Positions 37,291 to 49,664 of a DNA stretch of 64,000 nt are shown piece by piece. The notes under the pieces are model-generated. The model was not told the origin of the DNA, made no database searches, and saw only the letters and a program-made list of their open reading frames with translations. Positions within the stretch are counted from its first letter, which is position 1; the number at the start of each line of letters is the position of its first letter. Origin of the DNA: Octopus sinensis (Eukaryota); the NCBI RefSeq assembly GCF_006345805.1, contig NC_043017.1, forward strand, positions 19,592,001 through 19,656,000. The letters run 5' to 3'. A program made the translations under genes and the position numbers.

Positions 37291-37449
37291 CATATTTTAA
37301 CGTGTATAAGAAACCTTTTTTGACAAAAAATAGGTTAAAAAAGTATGGGAGTTTCTCATATAGGGATAGTATTATAATCCCTTACAAAATCTTTTTCAAA
37401 TTTTAAGCCACCAAAATAAGGAGCTCCTTATACATGTTAAAATATGGTG
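37288..37449. mobile_element. Tc1/mariner-pogo (Tc2-like) MITE
   Basis: 23-bp TIRs CACCATATTTTAACGTGTATAAG (37288-37310) and CTTATACATGTTAAAATATGGTG (37427-37449), 22/23 match. Left flank is TA, right flank is TG. Confidence 0.75.
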
Positions 37450-37457
37450 TGTGTGTG

Positions 37458-37508
<51 letters not shown>

Positions 37509-37879
37509 ATTATTTATTTGCATGTGTGTGTATATGTATCTCATTGTGATATATATTGATGAAAGTTATAAACAAGAGAGACAATAATGAAAAAAAAAGA
37601 AGATAAAATAAAATAAAAATTGGCATTTTAGAACAGAGTCTCTAGAGATATTTCCTGTACAGAGTTATAGAGACAGACACTCTCTTGTCTCTTTTGCTAT
37701 CAGAAAGGCAGTGAACCAGAGATTGGCTGGTCGGAAACATGTAACCAAAGATGGTTTTGTTTATTAATTGTGATAAAATATAATAAAATATGTTGAAATA
37801 AAATAAAATGAAATAGATGTTGAAATGTCACATGAGTTAAACTTCAAAAAGGTAAAATGAACAAGTGAGAGAGATGATC

Positions 37880-38360
37880 AGTGCTGGGTAGGTGAGTGGG
37901 AAGACAGGTAGATGGATGGATGGGTGGATAGATGGGGTGGATAGATAAATGTATAGAGTGGTAGATAGACAGATAGATTTGCAGATAGATAGATAGATAT
38001 AGATACATGGATGTGGATAGATTGATAAATATAGTTAGATGATTGATAGATGGATGAGTGGCCGGATAGATGAAAGGATAGATAGATAGATAAAAATTAT
38101 AAACAGATGGATGGATAGATAGATATATAGACAGATAGTTGATAAACAGATAAAAAGACAGATGGATAGATAGATAGGTGATAAACAGATATATAGATGA
38201 CAGATTGACATATAAACTGAAATAAAGAATGATGGATGGATAGATAGTTATGTAGTTATATAGATAGATAGCTAGAAGAGAGAATAAATGATGTACAGCT
38301 AGATTGAGTTGTAAGTAAGGACAGATAGATAGATAGAAAGATAGATAGACACAACAGTAA
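37880..38360. repeat. Degenerate (GATA)/(GATG) field
   Basis: Direct inspection. Confidence 0.9.
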
Positions 38361-39036
38361 AACAGACAGACATAGGGAAAAAAAGGGATACACAAAGAAA
38401 GGGAGGACCTTGCATTATAAATAAGCAAATAGATAATAGGATTAGGACTACTAACAACAGACGTTGAATACTTTGGGTGTTAATGGTAGGGAGAGAGAGT
38501 GAAAGAGAGGGAGGAAGGGTTAAGTCACATGAGTCTCCCTTTATGTGATGGATCCTGATTTTTGTAAAAATAAATAAATGAATGAATAAGATATCCAAAG
38601 GCAAAACAGGGGTGGTGGGTGGTGGTTTGTGGGAAATGAACAATTATTGACCCAACATTGCGAGAGAGAAAGGAGAAGGTGAAGACATGAAGAAGGGAGA
38701 GAGATTATATCTACATGCGAAACCCTGATGAGTGTGATGATAAGATGGAGCAGATTGCCAAGACTGTTTCACCTCTGTGCTCCTTAAAGACCATCCTCAC
38801 TTACACACACACACACACACACACATACATACACACACACATACATACACACAGACACAGACACACTCACACATACATACACACACATACATACACACAT
38901 ACATACACACATACACACACACACACACAGGCAAACACACACACACACACACGTGCACATGCAGTTCTCTCTTTGTTCAATCTACTGCTGTTGGCCCTTC
39001 TGCAGAGAGAGTGGGGAGAGGAAGAGAGGGAGGGAA

Positions 39037-39070
<34 letters not shown>

Positions 39071-40346
39071 TCAATGAGTTAATGGTACACACAAACAAGG
39101 ACATGTGATATGATAGATTTATTATAGTTTAAACCAGCCAACCAACCCACCAACCAACCGAACAGCCAGCCTGTCAACCACCCAACCAACCGTCAGACCA
39201 GCTCCTCCAATAATTCAATCAAAGCTAGAGTAAAATTTCAAGGTTTACTCAACCATTATCATTTCCTACTACTACTACTGCTGCTGCTGCTATGTTCCCT
39301 ATATTTGGTAAGCAAAAGTTTCCACCAAAGTTGAATAATTTAATAATAAAATAAAAAAAAAAACTTGGCTTGCTTGCTTTAAACCTATATACTTTAATAT
39401 ATTATATGCATGTACGTAATCTATTTCAGCTTAGAAGTTGTATATTAAAGTATATGTGAGTGTATACATACATATACATATATACATGCATATATATAGT
39501 GAGGAGGTTTGATAAGAATTTTTTTCCACATGGTGAATTGTAGTAAAAAAATATAAAGAGAAGCAAAATGCATAGATATTTTATGTTGAACAAAAGATAT
39601 ATATTTTTATGAAATAAAATATTTACATAGTCAACCAGTTTCACTTGTGCTAATCATGACTTAGAAGTTAGTGATAATAATGTTACATGCTATCATAAGA
39701 ATTTTTCATTCCAGGAAGAAGGGTATAAAAATAAAGCAGAAACATGAAGATGAGGTAAAAAAAACAAAGAGGTGTATTAATTGAGGCTCAGGAAAATTAA
39801 AAGTCTCTGTTTCAAGTCTACATACACAGCTTTGTGTTTAAAAAGTTTGCTTTGCAACCACGTGGTTACAGGTTCAGTTCCACTGGTTGGCACCTTGGGT
39901 AAGTGTCTTCTCTTATGGCATTGGACTGACCAATTCTTTGTGGTCGAATTTGAGAACCAGATTGGAAACTGTTAGGAAGCCCATTGTGTAGGAAATTTTG
40001 ACGGAAGATTTTATTTTAGAAGTTTGTATCACAGAGCCAGGGATTAGTCTCAGGTAGGTCAGTATGAAAAGAGTTAAGTATAAATAAAGGTGTAAAAAGT
40101 AGTAGTCTTGGAATGGAGATCTTTGGACCAACCGAATTACGGACACCATTGTTATTCTTGCCATCAGAAATATAAGTAAAGCCAAGGACTAGGGTATTGG
40201 AAACCTGTAACCAAGGGTGCCATTGTTCACCTATGATGATGTCCATAATTCTTAGCTTCTGCACACTATATCTTTTAACCTTCATCTCGTTTTAGTCATT
40301 GGACTGCAGCCATGCTGGGGCACCACTTTGAAGGGTTTATTTAGAC

Positions 40347-40737
40347 CAATGGTTCTCAAATGGGGTCCCCATGACTCTTGGGGTTCCACATAAGATGTAG
40401 TTGTTGAAAATTGGGCACAATATCTATCCATCCATCATTCCATATTTCAGTTTATATGTCAATCTATTGTCTATATATCTGTTTATAACCTATCCATCCA
40501 TCTTTTTATCTGTTTATCAACTATCTGTCTATGTATCTACCTATCCATCCACTCATCCATCTATCACTCCCCAGGCGCAGGGGTGGCTGTGTGGTAAGTA
40601 GCTTGCTTACCAACCACATGGTTCCGGGTTCAGTCCCACTGCATAGCACCTTGGGCAAGTGTCTTCTATTATAGCCTCGGACCAACCAAAGCCTTGTGAG
40701 TAGATTTGGTAGACGGAAACTGAAAGAAACCCATCGT

Positions 40738-40769
<32 letters not shown>

Positions 40770-41117
40770 GTGTGTGTGTGTTTGTCCTCCCCCCCAACAT
40801 CGCTTGACAACCGATGCTGGTTTGTTTACGTCCCTGTAACATAGCGGTTCTGCAAACGAGACTGATAGAATAAGTACTAGGCTTATAAAGAATAAGTCCT
40901 GGGGTCGATTTCCTCGACTGAAGGTGGTGCTCCAGCATGGCTGAAACAAGTAAAAGAGTTAAAAAAAAAAATAAACCGATTATACTTCTACAATTCCTAA
41001 TAATATTTGATTGTAAAAATATAATCGATTTTTTAAAACATTGATTGGCTATGAGGGACCAGCAGAGTAAAACAGGAATCTAAAGGTCCATAGGTAGAAA
41101 ATGGTTGAGAAATACTG
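40347..41117. mobile_element. hAT (Charlie-like) non-autonomous element with 8-bp TSD
   Basis: TIRs CAATGGTTCTCAA (40347) and TTGAGAAATACTG (ending 41117). TSD ATTTAGAC (40339-40346) / CTTTAGAC (41118-41125), 7/8 match, fitting the NTCTAGAN-type preference. Confidence 0.75.
40574..40958 (+). mobile_element. SINE family 'A' nested inside the hAT element
   Basis: GGCGCAGGGGTGGCTGTGTGG … gaaacaagtaaaagag. Confidence 0.9.
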
Positions 41118-42042
41118 CTTTAGACAAATGGATCAACCCCGAGTACTTATGTTTTTCTTTAAGCCTGGTACTTACTCTTTGAATCCAAGTTACGGAGATG
41201 TAAACAAACCAACATAGGTTGTCAAGTAGTGTTGGGGACAAACACAGACACACATATACAATAGGCTTCCATATAGTTTCCTGTTTCTGTCTACCAAATC
41301 CATTCATTAGGTATTGGTTGGTGGTTGGCTAGGGGGCTATAGTAGTCATGGTGCCATGCAGTGGGACTGAACCCAGGACTACATAGTTGTTGCAAAGCAA
41401 GCTCCTTCACCACACAGCCATACCACTGGCCATATAAAACAAATAATAACAATGTTACTAATACCACTTCAGATACATACAAAAAAAGAAAACAAACACA
41501 CGAATAAATAAAAATATAAGATGGATGTTTTTTTTTTGTTTTTTTTTTGTTGTTTCCATATTTTAGTTTTATCACGAGGAAAAAAAAATTGTGTGAGATA
41601 TAAAGGAAGGAAGGAAAGAAAGGAAGAAATGTCTTTGAAAAATTTCTGGAAAGAATACAAAAAAAAACAAAAACGACGATAAATTTGAGATCAATTATTC
41701 TAGGACTGATTCATTTTAACATGATCCTGTACCCCTCCTCCTTGGCCATCTTTTATAAAATATTTTAGTAATTTTTTTTAGTTTTTATGAGTATTTTTTT
41801 TATCATTTGGAAAAAAAAAAAAAGTTGAGTAAGAGATGTGTCTGTGTTTCTGAATGTGTGTATGTGTGTGTATATACATATATACACTCACATGTATGTG
41901 TGTATGTGTGTGTGTATATACATATATACACTCACATGTATGCGTGTGTATATACATATATACACTCAAATGTATGTGTGTATGTATGTGTATAGGTATG
42001 CTTTTACATCTGTATATGTTTATGAGTGTATGTATGTATATA

Positions 42043-42340
42043 TGCTTATATGTATGTATTTATGTGTGTATGCTTATATGTATGTATTTATGTGTGTATG
42101 CTTATATGTATGTATTTATGTGTGTATGCTTATATGTATGTATTTATGTGTGTATGCTTATATGTATGTATTTATGTGTGTATGCTTATATGTATGTATT
42201 TATGTGTGTATGCTTATATGTATGTATTTATGTGTGTATGCTTATATGTATGTATTTATGTGTGTATGCTTATATGTATGTATTTATGTGTGTATGCTTA
42301 TATGTATGTATTTATGTGTGTATGCTTATATGTATGTATG
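42043..42340. repeat. 28-bp perfect minisatellite (about 10.5 units)
   Basis: Unit TATGTGTGTATGCTTATATGTATGTATT; GCTTA recurs every 28 bp from 42044 to 42324. Confidence 0.95.
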
Positions 42341-42699
42341 TACATGTCTAGTTATATTTATAGGTATGCATTTATGTGTATGTATGTTTATGCGTGTGTG
42401 TGTGTATGTATATAACCGCACGAACATGTGTGTGTGTGTAGATATGTTTAGATGCATGCGTATTTATATGTAAGTGTTTGCGTGTCTGTATGTATATGTG
42501 CATTAGTATATATATACATGTGTATATATGCATGAATGAGTGCGTATGTGGGTGTGTATATTCGTGTATATCTATGCCTGTGAATTGCAATTCATATCAA
42601 TGTATGTATATGCATACATGTGTGCACCTCCATCTTGCATCAGTTCTGACGCATCATCATTACAGCTTGCTATTGTTTGATGACTATATATAATGTGTG

Positions 42700-43024
42700 T
42701 GTGTATATGTGTATATATAAGAATGCATATAAGTGTGTGTGTATACATAGCTGTATACGCCTGTGTGTGTGTATGTAAATATGGCATATGTGTATATATA
42801 AGAAGGCATATAAGTGTGTGTGTGTACATAGCTGTATACGCCTATGTGTGTGTATGGCATATGTGTATATATAAGAATGCATATAAGTGTGTGTGTGTAC
42901 ATAGCTGTATACGCCTATGTGTGTATGAATGGTATATGTGTATATATAAGAATGCATATAAGTGTGTGTGTGTGTACATAGCTGTATATGCCTATGTGTG
43001 TATGGCATATGTGTATATATAAGG

Positions 43025-43025
<1 letters not shown>
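42700..43025. repeat. About 75-80-bp minisatellite (4+ units)
   Basis: aagaa(t/g)gcatataagtgtgtg…acatagctgtata(c/t)gcct recurs. Confidence 0.9.
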
Positions 43026-43089
<64 letters not shown>

Positions 43090-43738
43090 AAGAGAAGGCA
43101 AAACAGATATAGAGAAAGAGAAACCATGTATGTTTGACTATACATGCATATAAGCGTGTGTGTGTGTGTATAGCTGTAAACAGCAATGTAAGTGCATGTG
43201 TGTGTATGCATACGGTATGAGGTGTAGTAAGGAGATGTGAGGGCAGGGCAGGGCATGTTTATATGAAAAAAAAAAAAGAAAAAAATTTGAGAAATTAAAA
43301 GAAAAGGGAAAAAAAATTAAAACAAAAAAAAAACAGAGATGTGCAAATAATATGAGGAGGAAGGCTGCCCTCGATGAATCCAGTGCATTGATTCCCAGGA
43401 AACTCAAGAGAAAAGATTTAATGTTTAGATAAAGACTTGATGCCATCATAGTATCTGTTAATGAGACCAGATAAGATAGAATAAAAAAGGTGGGGAGGGG
43501 ACTCCACCACCACCACCACTGCTGCTGCTACTACTACTACTGGTGCTGTTACTGTAAAGGAACGTGGCCTGGTGGTTGCTTTGGGCCTCATAGTTGTTAG
43601 GTAAAGGAGTTCAGTTCTTGAGCCAGGAGGCCATTGCGTTGTCCTTCAGCAAGGTACTTCATCTCATATTACTCGGCCAGTCATTCATCTGGGATAATGA
43701 GAATCAGTGGCCCTTAGACAGTTAAACCATAATGTTGG

Positions 43739-43774
<36 letters not shown>

Positions 43775-43779
<5 letters not shown>

Positions 43780-44000
43780 GCAGTGCTCCAGCATGGCCAC
43801 AGTCAAATGACTGAAACAAGTAAAAGAGCTATATATATATATATATATATTATTGTTTTACTTGGTTCAGTCGTTGGACTCTGGCCATGCTGGGGCACCA
43901 CTTTGAAAGGTTTAATTGAACAAACTGACCTCAGTAATTTTTTTTTCTTAAACCTGTCACTTATTCTATCAGTCTCTTTTGCCAAACCACTAAGTTGTCA
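43775..44000. mobile_element. Two SINE 'A' 3' modules tail-to-tail across (TA)n
   Basis: + tail at 43775-43825; - tail from 43856. Confidence 0.8.
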
Positions 44001-45454
44001 AGTGATAGTGAAGGGGACAAACCCAAACACAAAGATATGCAGACATATACACATCTCTGTCTATACATACATGTGTACACACACGTATGTATACACAACA
44101 GGCTTATCACACAGCCCTGTGTGCATATATATATATACACACACACACACATGTATCTGTGGATGCCCCAATCATCATCAACTCATCTTTTTGTATATCT
44201 ACAACTACATTGTCCAGTGTGCCCTTCCTTTTTTTAAGATGGTATGGTGTAATTTGAAGGTATTTGGCTGTTATTTCTAGCATGTTGAGCAACGATATAG
44301 AGGCTCTCTTCTGGTTTCATCAAGTCCCTTTATGTTTTAATTTCAAAACCCGCCAACCAGACTTCAGCTTCTTTTCTTCCAGGGTCCATAAAATATGTAC
44401 CGGTGATACACTGAGATTGATCCAAACAACCACATCCCTTCTTCTCTCGCTTGCTCTCTGTCCCTCCTCCAGGCCTGTGGCCTTGTGCCAAGGGCTGAAA
44501 TCATACACAACCACTTTAAGCAAATGTCATGGATGGTAGCACGGAACTGCTCAAAACTGAACCTGAGTTTGGACGAAAGCCAACCAGACTCACTTTCAGG
44601 AACTTGCCCCTGTTCCTGTCCTGCAAAATCTGTCTGGCATCACATCAATCTTTGCTGGTTACTTATGGAGAAAGCCGAAATTTACTGTTTTACCGTAAGA
44701 AGGTACCTGTTTGAATGAATACAATTTGGGATATTTATTACTCTTTGTGGAACTATAAATAATTTTCCGTCAGGAAGTCATGAATTTGCCAACATTTCTA
44801 AACGATGACAATGTTTAATGACCGCAGAAGAAGAAAAAATATAAAAAATCCCCAAAAAACAATTGATTATTTTTCGACAGGAGAAAAAAGAAAAAGAAAA
44901 AAAAAACAACAGGAAACGGAAGAATAAAAAAAAAAAAAAATAGGTGCCAGTACGTGTGAGGAGAGTTTGAAATCACTTATGCTGTAAACAGAGTACCTTT
45001 CCCACAAGACTAACTGAAACCCTTTCACGGCCATGTTTCCAGTAGAATACATTGCACAAGTCATCAGTGTTCTCACCATCAGCATCATTTGATGTCTGTC
45101 TTCCATGCTGTGTCATGCTCCAATGTCCATTTAAGCATGGTTTCTATGGCTGGATGCCTTTCCCAACACCAACTGTTTTACAGTGTCTTTTCATGGCACC
45201 AGCACCAGTGAGGTTACCGTTTAGCTTGGAAGATTAGGATCCTCAGTGACAGAGTGCAGCTGCAGTAGAGAGGGAAGCAGCTTGGCGATGACGACGACAA
45301 TAATGAGGATGACAATGATGATGAAGATAATGACGATTGCTTTGAAAGATGAGATTGTTGCATCATAGGACCACAGACAGTTCCAGTACCAATAGGTACT
45401 AAAAGGGGTTATGAATGGTTTCTAAGCAAGGCACAGGGCCACACATGTCCTTTT

Positions 45455-45497
<43 letters not shown>

Positions 45498-46713
45498 TGA
45501 AGTGGTCGGAAAAAGTGTAGTGGGGAGAATATAGATCCAAGTGAAATTTGGCTGCTCTTTCTAGCATGTCAAATGACCACATACATATTCTTTTCTTGGC
45601 TCATTTCTTGCCAGTGCTGGAATGCCAGACATCATGTAAGTAGATCCAGGTTGCCTTAGTTACAGCCTGTCTCTTAGTACAATCCCGCTGGATTTTCAAC
45701 CAATCTGATATTGTTGTTGTTGTTGTGACATTTTAGAATTGATGATTGTCTTCTTTGTCTCATCTCCAAAGACCACTTCGCACCGTCCTCCTGGAAATTG
45801 GATGTCTCCCCAAAGACCAATTAATGGCCTTCCCACTGGAAATTATACAACTCAACTCAGCCTTTGTAAACTGGTCCTATCTGTAATCAAGCAAACGAAA
45901 ACAGTTTCTACAGAGTTGTACAACCTGCTGGAAACAGCAGCCAAATTTTCCTTAGATCATAGCATGCTGTCTTTAAAAAAGGAAGGACAAAGAGGATCTT
46001 GTAGTCTTAGATTCATATGTATACAATTAAAAACGGGAAGAAAAAAATTGTTTTTAAATAAAAAAAAAAAACTAAGCAAAAAAATACAATAAGTGTACAA
46101 AGTCAAAGTAATTATGCTATGAATGAAAGTAAGAGGTACTGACGTTTTGGACACTGGTCCTTTGTCACAATATATAGAATGAGAAAAGAAAGATAAACAT
46201 TTGGAAGGAAGAAAAAAAAAAGCAATGATGGATTCTCAGGTGAAGATATTCTAGTCTTGTTTCAACCAGAGGCTGTGGCCATGCTGTGGCATTTGATAAA
46301 AAAAAAGAAAAAAAAAAGGTGGATTGTCAACGATGGAATGGAAGTGATCATAGAGTGCTGACTTGGAGCAAAATCAACATCAACAATGAAAAGGACACAT
46401 CAGATAATGTAGTCCTAGATCAACTGTGTCTGAAAAACAAAAACAAAAAATCCAAAATACAGATAGGTTAGATATGCTTGGAACATCTTTGAAATGTAAA
46501 AAAAAAAAAAAAAAAAAGTGACACTGGTCAATTGGAGTAACAATTATTCAATATCTTCTATACCCATGCCTTGCCAAACCAGCAAATCCATCTGACATGA
46601 TGGTCACGTGTTGAACACCCTTGAATGTAGGTAAGGCTGGCATCAGGGTTTAACAACATCAGTGTCAATAACAGCTTTTCATTAACTTCTAGTGCTATGC
46701 CTTGTCTGAAGAA

Positions 46714-47034
46714 GGGGCAGGGCTAAGTGGTTAGGGTAACTGGCTCAAGATTGTAAGGTCATGAGTTCAATTCCCAGCAACACATTGTGTCCTTGAGCAA
46801 GACACTTTATTTCACGTTGCTCCAGTCCACTCAGCTGTCAAAAATGAGTTGTACCTGTAATACAAAGGGGCCAGCCTTGTCACATTCCATGTCAAGCTGA
46901 ATCTCCTTGAGAACTACGTGAAGGGTAGATGTGACTGTGAAATACTCAGCCACTTGCATGTCAATTCCATGAGCAGGCTGTTCCATTGATCAGATCAACT
47001 GGAACCCTCGTCATCATAACCGATGGAGTGTCAG
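46714..47034 (+). mobile_element. SINE family 'C'
   Basis: Homologous to 22393-22706. Confidence 0.85.
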
Positions 47035-47974
47035 TGTTTCTTGTTTTACTGACATGCCATGCCAAATAAGCAAACCCAACAGGATGGTCATGCATGGAAT
47101 AACTTTAAACAGAGAGCTGCTCAATAAGAGGCTTAACAACAACAACAACAACAACAATTCTTCAACTAACCTCTCCTTCTACACATCTCCCTCCCTGCAA
47201 CTTGCCAAACCATCAAACCACAACATGTCACCCACACACCCTACACTACCCCAAGTCAAATTCACTCATCACCAAGGTTACATATATGCGAAACCAAGTT
47301 CTTCAAATGTCAGAAACATACGAAATTCTGAGAAAAATTAGAAATGACAAAACGAAAAAGTAACAACAAAATAAAGAATATAAAAAAAAAAAACAGAAAA
47401 AGATAAAAGATGAGATAAAAGTGAGAATGACAACAATATTGATGATGATGATGATGATAACAGCATTGATGTTGATGATGATGAAGCTAATGATGACAGT
47501 GGTGATGGTTATGATGAAGTTAGTGATGATGATGATGATGATTGTAGTGATGATGATAATGATGATTATTATGATGACAGTGATGATGATGATGATAGTA
47601 TAAGATGAAGTCATTTACTCTCAAAAGAGCCTGATAAAACAGGAAGTAGATCGACCTATTAAATTTATGGTGATTGAGCATTTAGCAAATATAATGTTAA
47701 ATATTGGCATAATTATCATTATGATTGTTGTTGTTGTTGTTATTAAAGACGACGGTGGTGGAGGTGGATGTCACAGCTGTTGTTGTCCTTAAAGAGTCGT
47801 TGGACAGTTGCTTGGTGTTATTAATTCTTTCTTAATCACCTTTTCGAAGATAAATGTCAGAAAGACAGTTGATGAGAGGAGAGGGTGGGGGGTGGGTGGA
47901 GATGAGGGGAGAGAGAGAGAGAGTGAGAGAGCGGGGGGGGGAGTACAACAGAAGAAAAAAAATTATGATAACGA

Positions 47975-48215
47975 TCCTTTTTACTATAGGCAAATTGCAT
48001 CAAACCCCAATATTTGACTGGTACTTAATTCGTCGACCCTGAAAGGATGAAAGGCAAAGTTGACCTTGGCAGAATGTAAAGACAGATGGAATGCCGCTAA
48101 GCATTTTGCCTGGCATAATAATAATAACAATAATAATAATAATGCTTTCTGCTGGCAGCACAAGGCCTGCAATTTTGAAGTCAGTCAATTATATCAATCT
48201 CAGTATTCAACTGGT
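47975..48215 (-). mobile_element. Two SINE family 'B' fragments
   Basis: Family-B motifs joined by (AAT)n. Confidence 0.8.
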
Positions 48216-48218
48216 ATA

Positions 48219-48253
<35 letters not shown>

Positions 48254-48503
48254 GTATATAAAATACACATTAAGTACAGGACATCACCAGTGAGTGAAAA
48301 ATATGTAAACACATATCAGAGATAAATACAGGACAAAATACGAAAAGAAGATAACTCCTTGTCAGTTGTCCACAGTTTTACTACTTCCTATTTCATGCTT
48401 TCAACAATAAGATAGGAAAACTTCATAAGACAGCAGCATCCAGAAATTTCAAAAATTTTACTTGTCCACAGTAAGTTCTTACATCTACATATTATATATA
48501 TAT

Positions 48504-48805
48504 CACCGTGATTGACCAGGCTATTAGATGTTGCTACACATCACTGGTCACAATGCGCTTTGCATTGTTTTAGCCTTCAAATGACGTCACCTCGCTGGAT
48601 AAGCAAGCAGGCCAACAGAAGAAAGAGTGAGAGAAAATTGTAGCAAAAGAGTACAACAGGGGTCACCACCACCCCCTGCCGGAGCCTCGTGGAGCTTTAG
48701 GTGTTTTCACTCAATAAACACTCACAACGCCTAGCCTGGGAATCGAAACTGCGATCCTATGACCGTGAGTCTGCTGCCCTAACCACTGGGTCATTGTGCC
48801 TCCAC
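48504..48805 (-). mobile_element. tRNA-derived SINE family 'G' inserted in (TA)n
   Basis: Minus head GTGGAGGCACAATGACCCAGTGGTTAGGGCAGCAGACTCACGGTCATAGGATCGCAGTTTCGATTCCCAG with A- and B-box-like motifs; single copy in the window. Confidence 0.7.
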
Positions 48806-48936
48806 TTATATAATGTACACATATATACATATACACACTAGTCAGTAGTCTGTAAAAAGAGAACAGTCTAAAGCATTAGACTCAAATGGTTGAAGGCGCA
48901 AGCCATTTGAATCTGACAAGTTACCTATACTGCTAG

Positions 48937-49280
48937 GGGCTTTATAAGACTCCCTTCGCTCATGATTGATCATGGGATTGCACCTAGAAAGTTCCCCTCC
49001 GATGCACAAGTCCAGGCAACGTTAGTTACATGGAAGGCCTGCAGATGTCCATGTATACAGGCCTCCTCTCTCCATGCCACTGATGTTATCTAAAGGAAAG
49101 GCAAAGGCTGATACAGCTTAGCACCAGTGATGTCGAGACTCATTTCTACAGCTGAGTGAACTGAAGCAACGTGAAATAAAGTGTCTCGCTCAAGAACACA
49201 ACACACAGCCCTGTCTGGGAATCAAACTCACTACCTCATGATTATAAGCTCAACACACTAACCACTGAGCCATGTGTCTT
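48937..49280 (-). mobile_element. SINE 'C2': family-C head and core with a different 3' body
   Basis: Shares ttgtgt(t/c)cttgagc(g/a)agacactttatttcacgttgct…cactcagctg with family C, then diverges after aaatgagt. Confidence 0.75.
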
Positions 49281-49342
49281 AACTGCTTTATAGACACAAA
49301 ACCAATGGTTACTATGACTGGCCATAACTTTTAACATTCAAG

Positions 49343-49373
<31 letters not shown>

Positions 49374-49383
49374 TATATATATC

Positions 49384-49590
49384 CAAAATAAGCAACAAGA
49401 ATGACTCCGGTAATTTGGTACGATTGTTTCGTACTACATCATACTACGATGGTACCAAATTACCGGAGTCATTCTTGTTGCTTATTTTGATTATAATCAC
49501 CTCACGGATTTTTATGGATAACACCATACAGAATTCTGGTGCATCTAAATTAAGTACCATATTCATTTGAATCTAAATTTTTGCTGAACT
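49384..49590. mobile_element. Palindromic Penelope-like fragment in (TA)n (38-bp perfect arms)
   Basis: 49384-49421 is the exact reverse complement of 49452-49489, with a 30-nt loop. The minus strand of the loop carries GUAC-GAAAC-AAUC-GUA|CCAAA. Confidence 0.6.
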
Positions 49591-49623
<33 letters not shown>

Positions 49624-49664
49624 GTGTGTGTATATATATTTGCATGTATGTATAAATAAAATCA

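Larger units (their letters stand above)
40286..41430 (-). mobile_element. Old SINE family 'A' split by a hAT MITE
   Basis: The tail at 40286-40346 and the remainder at 41126-41430 rejoin as gggtttatttagacaaatggatcaacccc, close to the family-A reverse complement. Confidence 0.7.

Noticed and set aside
40016-40285. 89-aa minus ORF MKVKRYSVQKL…
   Set aside because: No recognisable motif or splice signals, and its 3' end runs into a MITE-E fragment.
44437-44540. Long pyrimidine tract plus CAG|G as an exon acceptor
   Set aside because: The downstream tggccttgtgccaa matches a degenerate SINE tail, and the donor is weak.
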